Source: Candidatus Woesearchaeota archaeon
GTDB lineage: Archaea > Nanobdellota > Nanobdellia > Pacearchaeales > GW2011-AR1
DNA: 41,703 nucleotides
Reading direction: 5' to 3'
Assembly (NCBI GenBank): GCA_964430085.1
Contig: CAYSES010000002.1
Location: 1 to 41,703 of the forward strand
The first letter of the stretch is position 1; each line of letters starts with the position of its first letter. The notes under the pieces were generated by a model. It was not told where the DNA came from. It saw nothing but the letters and a program-made list of their open reading frames with translations, and searched no databases. The translations under genes and the position numbers were made by a program. Below are positions 17,047 to 25,789 of this stretch, in pieces.

Positions 17047-17628
17047 TTAATCGTTATCTTCTGCCCAACTACCAACAAAGGGAATAGCTTTCTGACCTTT
17101 ATTTTTACCTGAACCGGCAATTATAACTGAAATTAAAATGAACAAGAAGATTGCTCCTACAACCATTTGCCAATTATCCTCCCACCATTGTCCAGACTGC
17201 CACCCCAACGCTCCTGCAGATTGTATTATAATCAAACCTATGATTATAACTCCAACTCCAAGAAGAACATAATTAACTGCAGCACTTTTCTTTGGTGCGA
17301 AAAGTCCAACTATTATTAAGAGTCCTAGAATAATTGCCAATCCAACTCCAATCCTAGGAAAAATTTGGGAAAAAAATTCGGGAACAAAACCAAACTGCAA
17401 GGACATTAACGCAACAGCTAATGCAATAATACCATTAACCATTTTATTATCCTTGAAAACATTAACTTTAGTTAAAATTCCGAATACTAAAGCAAAGATA
17501 AGAAGAAAAGGAAGAAGGTAACTAAAAAAACCAGCTGATTCCCATTTAGAAAGTAACTCCCCAACAACCCCACTCGGAAAAGCACTTACAGTAGATGCAA
17601 CATCAAAGAACATCACCCAATTCAACAT
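17047..17628 (-). CDS. polytopic membrane protein (paralog of 17672..18175)
   Basis: Shared motif LLPFLLIFALVFGILTKVNVF versus ILPFLLIFFIVFAILEKTKLF in the neighbouring gene. Confidence 0.6.
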   Translation of the reverse strand: MLNWVMFFDVASTVSAFPSGVVGELLSKWESAGFFSYLLPFLLIFALVFGILTKVNVFKDNKMVNGIIALAVALMSLQFGFVPEFFSQIFPRIGVGLAIILGLLIIVGLFAPKKSAAVNYVLLGVGVIIIGLIIIQSAGALGWQSGQWWEDNWQMVVGAIFLFILISVIIAGSGKNKGQKAIPFVGSWAEDND

Positions 17629-17671
17629 ACAGAGAAATATGAAAATATGTTTAAATATGTTTCGTTAAAAA

Positions 17672-18175
17672 TTAAGGTTTTCGCTTCTGAACTAAAACTA
17701 ATGCCAAAGCTACTGCAATAACAATAAGAAAAACAGCGTTAGTAACTATAGCATCTCCAAGAGTTCCATTTGAGCTAGAAAAAAATTGTTCCAATTGAAC
17801 ATTTATTCCAGTAGCAAAGATTATAGCAACTATAAAAGCAATCGCTGCCACAATACCCAAGATCCATTTCAGTTTATTATTTAATTTAAATTCTTCTTTA
17901 TCTCCAAAAATAAATCCCCATATGAGTAATATAACAAAAACACATACAATTGTAACTGTAAGGAATAGAATCATATTTGAAACAACAAGTTTTGGGAAAA
18001 CTGCCCCGACAAAAATTAAACCTATAACAAAGGCGGTAAGAGCGTTAAGTTGTTTTTTCCCTTCCCCAAAAAGCTTCGTTTTTTCAAGTATTGCGAATAC
18101 TATAAAAAAGATTAATAAGAAAGGAAGGATAAAATCTGTAAAAAGGGTTTGTAAAAAGATAGGTTGATCTGCCAT
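17672..18175 (-). CDS. polytopic membrane protein (paralog of 17047..17628)
   Basis: See the paralog entry. 167 aa with about 5 TM segments. Confidence 0.6.
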   Translation of the reverse strand: MADQPIFLQTLFTDFILPFLLIFFIVFAILEKTKLFGEGKKQLNALTAFVIGLIFVGAVFPKLVVSNMILFLTVTIVCVFVILLIWGFIFGDKEEFKLNNKLKWILGIVAAIAFIVAIIFATGINVQLEQFFSSSNGTLGDAIVTNAVFLIVIAVALALVLVQKRKP

Positions 18176-18177
18176 TT

Positions 18178-18456
18178 TTATATCAAGTCTTCAGGAATTT
18201 CTTCTATATCTGAATCTGGATTTGGAAGAGCAGCACGATTAATTAAAAAAACATCACCAATAGCCCTAACAAATTGATGGGGGATAATCACACCCTTTGC
18301 TCCTCCGATAATAGTCATGATGTTCCCTCCGACCTTTATTCTCCAGCCATCGACTTTGTTATCAGATAAGTTAGCCTCTTCTATTTCCCCAAAAAAATCA
18401 CCTGAATCTGTATATACCTTAACTCCAATAACCTCGCTAATTTTTTTTATTCGCAT
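18178..18456 (-). CDS. PRC-barrel domain protein
   Basis: The ATG at 18456 gives MRIKKISEVIGVKVYTDSGDFFGEIEEANL...VDGWRIKV, the typical PRC-barrel pattern. 2 nt separate it from the downstream membrane gene. Confidence 0.7.
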   Translation of the reverse strand: MRIKKISEVIGVKVYTDSGDFFGEIEEANLSDNKVDGWRIKVGGNIMTIIGGAKGVIIPHQFVRAIGDVFLINRAALPNPDSDIEEIPEDLI

Positions 18457-18548
18457 AAATAGGATTATGATATCATATTTAAATAGTTTTCCATAATACA
18501 GGGAATAAATCAATAAGCTTTATAAAAAACTAAACATAAAGTAAGAAC

Positions 18549-19190
18549 ATGATAAATAAGAAAGAGATATTCCCCATAATATTAATAATTGTTATAATCA
18601 CTTTATCTATAACCCTATCATTAAGAATCACTGAATCTTGGAAAGAGATTTTATGGGTTTTTATTTCAGTTTCATTGATAATTCTTCTGAATATTTTTAC
18701 TAAAAAGATTGTTGCGTATAATCTTGATTCAGAGATAGAAATGAAAATTTGGGAAGTTGGGGGATATAGTTCAGCGGGAAAAAAACAAAAAAGACCCTTT
18801 CCTATCGGGGCCTTCTTACCTTTACTCTCAAAAATAATACTTTTCCCTTTCAAAAGCTTTGTTTGGATGGCATCTCTGGCCTTCGAAGTAAAACCAAAAA
18901 TTTATAGGGGTGCTAAAAGACATGGCCTGTATACATTCTCAGAGATAACTGAGGATCATATTGCATTAATTGCTGCATCAGGAATTGTTATAAATTTAAT
19001 AGTAGCAGTAATAAGTTATTTTCTTGGATTCCCTCTTTTTTCAAGATTAAATATTTATTATGCTTTTTTCAATATGTTACCTTTATCTGAATTAGACGGG
19101 AATAAAATCTTTTTCGGAAATTTAGTATTATGGAGTTTCCTAGGAGCCTTAGTTTTAATCGGAATGCTTTTCGCAATTTTCATAATATAA
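18549..19190 (+). CDS. site-2-protease (M50)-like membrane protein lacking HExxH
   Basis: C-terminal M50 signature FFNMLPLSELDGNKIF is present. The position of HExxH in the first TM region reads NIFTK. Confidence 0.55.
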   Translation: MINKKEIFPIILIIVIITLSITLSLRITESWKEILWVFISVSLIILLNIFTKKIVAYNLDSEIEMKIWEVGGYSSAGKKQKRPFPIGAFLPLLSKIILFPFKSFVWMASLAFEVKPKIYRGAKRHGLYTFSEITEDHIALIAASGIVINLIVAVISYFLGFPLFSRLNIYYAFFNMLPLSELDGNKIFFGNLVLWSFLGALVLIGMLFAIFII

Positions 19191-19203
19191 ATCTTATAAT
19201 AAA

Positions 19204-20763
19204 ATGGAATTTTTGAAAGGAATTATACCAAGAGAATATCAGCAGAAAATATTTGAAACATGTGTCGAAAAAAATTGCCTTGTAGTTTTACCTACAGGCT
19301 TAGGAAAAACCTTGATTGCATTAATGCTTTCAATAGACCGGATGAAAAGATTTCCTGGAAAAAAAGTTCTTTTTTTGGCCCCCACCAAACCACTAGTTGA
19401 ACAACATCTAGCTTATTTCAAAAAACATTTGCCAGAGTTATTTGCAGAGATAAAAATGTTTACAGGACAGGTGAATTCAAAAGAAAGAAAGAAATTATGG
19501 CAAACAACAGATATAATTTTTTCAACGCCTCAATGCGTTGCTAATGATCTGAAAAAAAATTTGTATAATTTAAATGAAGTTTGTTTGCTAGTGGAAGATG
19601 AGGCTCATAGGTGTATAAAAAATTATGATTATAACTATGTTGCCAGGAAATATAAAGAACAAGCTATCGATAAAAGGATTATCGGATTAACTGCCTCTCC
19701 TGGATCAGATATTAAAAAAATTAAAGACATCTGTAAAAATCTTTCAGTTGAAGAAGTTGAACTAAAAACTAGGGATAGTGAGGATGTGAAAGAATATCTA
19801 CAAGAATTAAAATTTAATAAAAAAGTTATAGATTTTCCTGAAGAATTTGAGGATATAAGAAAAATCTTAAGAAAAATTTTTAATAATTACATAGAGGAAC
19901 TAAAAAAAAGGGGATTATTTTTTGGGAATCCTTCAAAGATAGGATTGATTGAATTACAAAAAAAATTGATACATACTATCTCAATGGGAAATAAAAACTA
20001 TAACTACATGCTTGCAGTAGCTGCATGTGCACAGGCAATAAAAATTCAGCATGCAACAGAATTGTTAGAGACTCAAACGCTTCTTAGCTTCAATGAATAT
20101 CTAAAAGATTTAATCAAACAGGCAGCCGCAAAAAAAAGCAAAAGTGTTGTAAAATTAGTAAATAAACCTGAATTTAGTTTAATTTGTATAAAAACAAATG
20201 AACTGCTGACTAAAGGAATTGAACATCCCAAAATTGAAAAATTAATTGAGATAGTAAAAGAAGAACATTCTAAAAATGAAAAAATAAAAATTCTCATCTT
20301 CACACAATTTAGAAACACTGCTGCGATAATCTCAAACAAATTAAACCAAATAACAGGGATAACTTCACGAGTTTTTGTGGGACAAGCAAAAAAGAATTCA
20401 ATTCATAAGGGAAGCACAGGCTTAAGCCAAAAAGAACAAAAAAAGATGATTGAAGGGTTTTCAGAAGGGAAGATTAACATTTTATGCGCAACTTCAATTG
20501 GAGAAGAAGGATTAGATATCCCAGAAGTTAATATCGTGTTGTTTTATGAATCTGTTCCGTCAGCAATAAGAAAAATTCAGAGAAGCGGAAGAACAGCCAG
20601 ACTTATGAAAGGAAAATTGATAATATTAATAACAAAGAATACGCGTGATGAAACGTTTTATTATGTAGCCAATGCTAAAGAAAAAAAGATGCATCGTACA
20701 ATCCAGAACATAAAAGAAGAAATGTCAAGAGAAATAAAATCGGATTTTCAGAAAACCTTGTAA
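19204..20763 (+). CDS. hef: Hef/FANCM-type SF2 helicase (helicase half only)
   Basis: Motif I LPTGLGKT, motif II VEDEAH, motif III LTASPG, motif VI QRSGRTAR. It stops directly after the helicase core. Confidence 0.85.
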   Translation: MEFLKGIIPREYQQKIFETCVEKNCLVVLPTGLGKTLIALMLSIDRMKRFPGKKVLFLAPTKPLVEQHLAYFKKHLPELFAEIKMFTGQVNSKERKKLWQTTDIIFSTPQCVANDLKKNLYNLNEVCLLVEDEAHRCIKNYDYNYVARKYKEQAIDKRIIGLTASPGSDIKKIKDICKNLSVEEVELKTRDSEDVKEYLQELKFNKKVIDFPEEFEDIRKILRKIFNNYIEELKKRGLFFGNPSKIGLIELQKKLIHTISMGNKNYNYMLAVAACAQAIKIQHATELLETQTLLSFNEYLKDLIKQAAAKKSKSVVKLVNKPEFSLICIKTNELLTKGIEHPKIEKLIEIVKEEHSKNEKIKILIFTQFRNTAAIISNKLNQITGITSRVFVGQAKKNSIHKGSTGLSQKEQKKMIEGFSEGKINILCATSIGEEGLDIPEVNIVLFYESVPSAIRKIQRSGRTARLMKGKLIILITKNTRDETFYYVANAKEKKMHRTIQNIKEEMSREIKSDFQKTL

Positions 20764-20816
20764 TATATATTTTAAAAGAGAATAATTCTTTATAACTGTA
20801 AAAACAAGGAGTTTAT

Positions 20817-21365
20817 ATGAAGATAACAGTTTCGGGGATGATTGGTGCTGGAAAAAGTACAGTATCTGATTATCTTGCTGATAAATTTCATTATATAAGA
20901 TACTCGTCTGGGGGAATTATGAGGAAAATGGCATCTGATAGAAACATAACCCTGTTAGACCTATCGAAAATCGCAGAAAGAGATTCATCGATAGATAGGG
21001 AGATAGATAGAATTCAAACGGAAATAGGAAAGAAGGAAGATAATTTTGTAATTGATGGGAGAATGTCGTGGTATTGTATTCCAAATTCACTAAAAATCTA
21101 TCTCGATGTTTCAGCTGAAGAAGCAGCAAGGCGAATTTTCAATGATAAAAACGCCATAAGAAAAATTGAAAAATATTCATCTGTTGAAGAACTTACCCAA
21201 CAAATTTTAGAAAGGAAAAAAAGTGAAATAAAAAGATATAGTAAATATAATATAGATATTCATGATAAAACAAATTATGATGTTTATCTTAACACAACAA
21301 ATATGGAGATTAAGGAAGTAACTGATTATCTAACAGAGGTCATTCAAAGATATATTCCGTATTAA
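20817..21365 (+). CDS. cmk: cytidylate kinase, archaeal type
   Basis: P-loop ITVSGMIGAGKST and EIDREIDRIQ, with the family's pattern and size (182 aa). AAGGAG Shine-Dalgarno lies 5 nt upstream. Confidence 0.8.
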   Translation: MKITVSGMIGAGKSTVSDYLADKFHYIRYSSGGIMRKMASDRNITLLDLSKIAERDSSIDREIDRIQTEIGKKEDNFVIDGRMSWYCIPNSLKIYLDVSAEEAARRIFNDKNAIRKIEKYSSVEELTQQILERKKSEIKRYSKYNIDIHDKTNYDVYLNTTNMEIKEVTDYLTEVIQRYIPY

Positions 21366-22284
21366 TTTTATTCTGACAATATTTACATGAATCAAAATGT
21401 TTCTTTATTGCATTAATCACATCTTGATTCCGAATATGATTCAATTTCCAATTATTTACAAGTTCCCAATCCATATCACACTTTTTTTCTGATTCAGAAA
21501 TATCTTTAAGTATTTGGAAAGTCTTTTTTTCTAAATTTGAGTCAGTCCTATAATCTCTAGGAAGAATAAAATTAACAGATGAATTAAAAGGGTTTTCTGC
21601 TCCTAAGTAAGATACACATTTATTAAAAGAATCAATGTCTCCTTTACCAAAAAGTGCGATTGCATAACCACCTCTCTGTTTTGTATATCTAAACCAATCT
21701 TTATCAGAAAGACCATCCCCAAAAATAATTGCTTTCCTGTAATTAATATAATAATCTTCCAATGAAAAATCTTTATGAAGATCTCCCCCCTTACATATTG
21801 TTTTAAGAGATTCAACTTTTCTAAATGGTTCAATAATAGACTCAATTTTATAGATGCCCTTACCATCATCACGAAATTTGCCGCTGACAATAGAAGTTAG
21901 ATAAGGAGAGATAGCGCTACCTTCAATTAAAGCAGATATCCCAACACTAATAACATGGTGTTCTAATTCAATCCCTAAGGAAGAGGCAACGTTTCCAACT
22001 CGTTCAAACCAAGTTGATAAACCTGGTGCAAGTTTAGTTTTAGGTGCAAATTCTTGTTTCATTTGCTCATTAGTAAGATTATTAAAAATTTCTTTAGAAT
22101 CTTTTAAAAATTGCCCCATCCAACCTGCACCAATGTCCCCCCCATTACATAAATTCCGATATTCATTAATATTTTTTATTCCATATTTCTTTTTTAATTC
22201 AGGAAAAAATTTCCTGAAGATAGGGAATTGTTGACATTCTTCTGTTAGTGTCATATCATAATCATAAAAAAATCCAACTCTCAT
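21340..22284 (-). CDS. HAD-superfamily hydrolase-like protein with Cys-containing C-terminal tail
   Basis: The ATG at 22284 gives MRVGFFYDYDMTL (HAD motif I DxDxT). Motif IV is FGDGLSD. The longer ORF to 22737 runs antisense into the IMPDH-like gene. Confidence 0.55.
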   Translation of the reverse strand: MRVGFFYDYDMTLTEECQQFPIFRKFFPELKKKYGIKNINEYRNLCNGGDIGAGWMGQFLKDSKEIFNNLTNEQMKQEFAPKTKLAPGLSTWFERVGNVASSLGIELEHHVISVGISALIEGSAISPYLTSIVSGKFRDDGKGIYKIESIIEPFRKVESLKTICKGGDLHKDFSLEDYYINYRKAIIFGDGLSDKDWFRYTKQRGGYAIALFGKGDIDSFNKCVSYLGAENPFNSSVNFILPRDYRTDSNLEKKTFQILKDISESEKKCDMDWELVNNWKLNHIRNQDVINAIKKHFDSCKYCQNKINTEYIFE

Positions 22285-22372
22285 AAAAAAGGGCAGATTA
22301 GTAGATTTAAAGGTTTTATTATTCTTGATATCATATAAATCTTTATAAAAAATATTCATTAGATTAAGAAAT

Positions 22373-23425
22373 ATGGCAAGGATTATAGGGAGGGGGCTTT
22401 CTTTTGATGACGTCTTGATTATACCAAAATATAACAAGATTCTTTCTAGAAAAGAGGTTGTTCTAAAAACAAGGGTAACGAAAAAACATAGTATAGACAT
22501 CCCAATAATTGCTGCAAATATGGATACAATTTGCGAAAAAGAAATGGCAATTGCTCTTGGAAAACTAGGAGGATTGGGGGTGATACATAGATTTATGAGA
22601 ATAGAAGAACAGGCAAACCAAGTTAGAGAAATAAAAAAACATGGATTATTAGCAGCAGCAGCAATTGGCGTAAAAGATGCTGAGGAAAGAGCAGGATTTC
22701 TAATAATGGCAGGTGTAGATATATTAGTAATAGACATTGCACACGGACACTCAAAATATGCGGGGAAAACTCTTGATTATCTCAAAAGAGAATACCCCCA
22801 TATAGACATAATGGTAGGGAATATCGCAACAAAAGATGCAGCAGAATACTTTTTATCAAAAGGGGCAGATGCAGTTAAGGTAGGTATTGGCCCAGGATCT
22901 ATGTGTACAACAAGAATGAAAACAGGGGCAGGAGTTCCACAAATAACAGCAATAATGGATGTTTATGAAGCAATAAAAGATGAAATTCCAATCTGTGCAG
23001 ATGGGGGGATAAAAAAACCTGCGGATGTAGTTAAAGCCTTGGGAGCAGGAGCAAGTACAATAATGTCAGGATATATCTTTGCCGGAGCAGATGAAACCCC
23101 TGGAAGTCTAATTGAAAAAAATGAACAAAAATTCAAGATTTACAGAGGTTCTGCAAGTTATGATGTTGTTTTAAAAAAAGCTGAGCTTGATGGAGAAAAT
23201 GAACAAAGAATAATAAGTGTAGAAGGAGAAAAAACATTAATTCCTTACAAGGGTTCAATAAAAAAGACAATTGAAGAGTATAAAGGGTCTTTAGCTTCTG
23301 GGATGACTTACATGGGTGCAAGAGATATGAAAGGATTAATAGGCAAAGCAGATTTTATAGAAATAACAAACTCAGGGATAGAAGAGGGAAAGGCAAATGG
23401 ATGCTGTCTAAAAAAAGATTCTTAG
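22373..23425 (+). CDS. IMP dehydrogenase/GMP reductase family protein (no CBS subdomain)
   Basis: FDDVLIIP, IPIIAANMDT, catalytic loop GIGPGSMCTTR, and CADGGI...GAGASTIM. The 350-aa length fits a CBS-less form. Confidence 0.85.
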   Translation: MARIIGRGLSFDDVLIIPKYNKILSRKEVVLKTRVTKKHSIDIPIIAANMDTICEKEMAIALGKLGGLGVIHRFMRIEEQANQVREIKKHGLLAAAAIGVKDAEERAGFLIMAGVDILVIDIAHGHSKYAGKTLDYLKREYPHIDIMVGNIATKDAAEYFLSKGADAVKVGIGPGSMCTTRMKTGAGVPQITAIMDVYEAIKDEIPICADGGIKKPADVVKALGAGASTIMSGYIFAGADETPGSLIEKNEQKFKIYRGSASYDVVLKKAELDGENEQRIISVEGEKTLIPYKGSIKKTIEEYKGSLASGMTYMGARDMKGLIGKADFIEITNSGIEEGKANGCCLKKDS

Positions 23426-23460
23426 AGAAATTTATTAAACAAGAAAAGATTCCAAAAATT

Positions 23461-24144
23461 ATGAAAATAATCCATTCAAAACCAATTTTTAAATTTTTTT
23501 CAAAAAAGACTGGAAAAGAAGAAAAACAAAAGGTAATAATAGATTATCGTGAAAAAAATTCACTAGTAATTCGGGAATTAGAAAGATTGGGCCTTGAAAC
23601 AGAGATTAAGACATTGAAAGTTGCAGATTATTTAGTAAATAACATCGCGATAGAAAGAAAAACAATTTCTGATTTTATTTCATCTATGATAAATAAAAGA
23701 CTTAGAAGACAATTAGAGGAATTAAATCAATATAAGAATAGATTGTTAATAATTGAGGGGATAGAAGAACAAGACCTTTACCCTGAAGGGATAAGTATTC
23801 ATCCAAATGCAATAAGGGGATTTTTGCTTTCAATAATATTAAAATATAAAATTCCAATAATTTTTTCTAAGAATTATGAAGATACTGCAAAATTTATTTA
23901 TCTTCTTGCAAGAAGAAAAGAAAAAGAATCTTCTTTGAACGTAACCAAAAAAAGTTTAACCCAAAAAGAGAGATTACAATTCATTTTAGAAGGCTTTCCC
24001 GGAATTGGACCCAAAATCGCAAAAAAACTTTTGGAAAAATTCAAAACATTAGGAAATATAATGAATGCCTCAGAAGGAGAATTAAAGGAAATTTTAGGAA
24101 AAAAGGCAGAGATTGTAAAAAAAATTATCGATTACAAATATTAG
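23461..24144 (+). CDS. xpf: XPF/Hef-type ERCC4 nuclease with C-terminal (HhH)2
   Basis: VIIDYREKNS, ADYLV...IAIERKTISDFISS (GDx(n)ERKxxxD) and GFPGIGPKIAKKLLEKF. The ATG at 23461 avoids overlapping the upstream gene. Confidence 0.85.
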   Translation: MKIIHSKPIFKFFSKKTGKEEKQKVIIDYREKNSLVIRELERLGLETEIKTLKVADYLVNNIAIERKTISDFISSMINKRLRRQLEELNQYKNRLLIIEGIEEQDLYPEGISIHPNAIRGFLLSIILKYKIPIIFSKNYEDTAKFIYLLARRKEKESSLNVTKKSLTQKERLQFILEGFPGIGPKIAKKLLEKFKTLGNIMNASEGELKEILGKKAEIVKKIIDYKY

Positions 24145-24376
24145 AACTTATCTCCTTAAGGATTTCTTTTTCAAGTAAATTTGTAATAGACCATATACGT
24201 GTAGAAGGCCTTTGGTTTTTCTTGCAGATGTAATCATAGAAAAGATTTGCGATAGGATATTCCTCTTTTCCCTCAAATTGATCTTTCCATTTTTCTAAAG
24301 GTTTAATAGTATCACAGCATGAATTATAAATATTGCTTCCTTGAGAAATTAGATATTCAATTCGTGACTTATCCAT
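24125..24376 (-). CDS. hypothetical 83-aa protein
   Basis: ORF with an ATG start, convergent with xpf (20-nt overlap). No recognised motif. Confidence 0.4.
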   Translation of the reverse strand: MDKSRIEYLISQGSNIYNSCCDTIKPLEKWKDQFEGKEEYPIANLFYDYICKKNQRPSTRIWSITNLLEKEILKEISSNICNR

Positions 24377-24403
24377 TAAAATAAAAAAAGGAATTTAGGC
24401 TTT

Positions 24404-24955
24404 TTAAAATGTTTTATTCAATAAAGGATATTTTTCAATAACAGAATATTTAGGACCTTCTTCTTGCAAATCAGATTTCATTAGATAGAACTTATCAACA
24501 TAAAATTTTATTGAAGGGATCGCCCTTTTTTTTATGTTTTCTAAGAATTCTTTTTTGTCTTTTAGATATTTAATTCTTGCAATTGTTAAGTGTGCCATAA
24601 ATCTTTTTTCTTTTTTAAACAAATCACTAAGGGATATATCAATCTTTTTTTGAAGTCCGCCACAATTGGTCATGTGCATCCAAAGGATTATTTTTTTACC
24701 ATTAATCTTTGGAGTTCTGTTATCAAAAAAACCTAATGAATTAATTTCAGTTTCAAAGGAAGGGTAGGTAATTTCTTTTAAGTTTGCCCTAACTCTCTCA
24801 AGGTTTTCTTTATCAATGTCCCCCAAAAATTTTAAGGTCAAATGTAAATTTTCTGGTTCTGTTAATTTTCCTTTAAAATAAGGTAAGGATTTCTGTATTT
24901 CATTTATTTTTGTTCTTACATTTTTAGGGATTTCTACTGAAATAAAAGTTCTCAT
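24404..24955 (-). CDS. ligT: RNA 2',3'-cyclic phosphodiesterase / 2'-5' RNA ligase (2H family)
   Basis: Two H-x-T motifs: HLTLKFLG and HLTIARI. 183 aa. Confidence 0.85.
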   Translation of the reverse strand: MRTFISVEIPKNVRTKINEIQKSLPYFKGKLTEPENLHLTLKFLGDIDKENLERVRANLKEITYPSFETEINSLGFFDNRTPKINGKKIILWMHMTNCGGLQKKIDISLSDLFKKEKRFMAHLTIARIKYLKDKKEFLENIKKRAIPSIKFYVDKFYLMKSDLQEEGPKYSVIEKYPLLNKTF

Positions 24956-25759
24956 TTATATTAACTCCGTTAAAATCTTGACGCCTAACTTTGTTGTTAA
25001 GTTGTTAAAATTTTTATCTTTTTCAGAATTTATATTTGTTATATCTACTCCTCTTAAAGTTTTAATTTTTTTTATGCGTTGGATTAAATAAAGGAATTGT
25101 CTGCTTGTTAAACCACCAATCTCTGGATAACATGTCGCAGGGGCAAAAACAGGATCAATAATATCAATTCCTATTGAAATATAAAGTTCCCTCCCATTAG
25201 AAAATTCCATAATTGTATCACATATGTCATTAATATCTTCAATAAGGGAATTCATTGAAATTCTTTTTATTTTATTTCGACCTATAAAAACCATCTCTTC
25301 TTTTCCAACTTTTCGCACTCCAACAAGAAGGACATTGTCTTTAGGAAATCCTTTTTCAATTAACATTCTAAGCCAATTTCTATCTGTTGCAAATTCCTCT
25401 GAGTCAGAACAATCAGCATAAGAACTAAACAAGATAAGACAGGGTTTTTTTTGTTCCTTATTGCAATGATCCATAAAAGCCTTTCCTATAGAATACGTTA
25501 TAGAATGATCTCCCCCTAAAAAGATTGTTCTTGGTTTCATATCAAATGCTTCTAGTGAATTTTTATATATCAGCTCATTAGTTAGATTAAGATTTGAGTT
25601 ATCTAAATGAATTTCCTCTAGATCTAAAATAGAAGAATCAATCACAGAGCCCTGTTCATTGCTGCTAAATTCTTTTAACAAAGTAAGTAAAACATTTCCT
25701 GTTCTTTCGCATCCTTTTGAATTTTTTCCATTAATTGCAGGAACCTTCACAATAAACAT
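24956..25759 (-). CDS. arginase/agmatinase-fold protein with incomplete Mn-ligand set
   Basis: GGDHSITY and IDIIDP are present. The DAHxD position reads SSYAD, and the first Asp of S-x-D-x-D reads Gly (SIGID). Confidence 0.65.
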   Translation of the reverse strand: MFIVKVPAINGKNSKGCERTGNVLLTLLKEFSSNEQGSVIDSSILDLEEIHLDNSNLNLTNELIYKNSLEAFDMKPRTIFLGGDHSITYSIGKAFMDHCNKEQKKPCLILFSSYADCSDSEEFATDRNWLRMLIEKGFPKDNVLLVGVRKVGKEEMVFIGRNKIKRISMNSLIEDINDICDTIMEFSNGRELYISIGIDIIDPVFAPATCYPEIGGLTSRQFLYLIQRIKKIKTLRGVDITNINSEKDKNFNNLTTKLGVKILTELI

Positions 25760-25789
25760 TAAAAGAATTAATAAACATAATTTAAAAAG

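Noticed and set aside
18530-18853. 107-aa minus-strand ORF opposite the M50-like gene
   Set aside because: The plus-strand frame carries the M50 NxxPxxxLDG signature and coherent TM helices. The minus frame has neither.
22285-22737. N-terminal 151-aa extension of the minus-strand HAD-like ORF
   Set aside because: It runs antisense through the 5' third of the well-supported IMPDH/GMPR-like gene. The HAD DxDxT motif sits right after the internal ATG at 22284, the normal position for HAD proteins.
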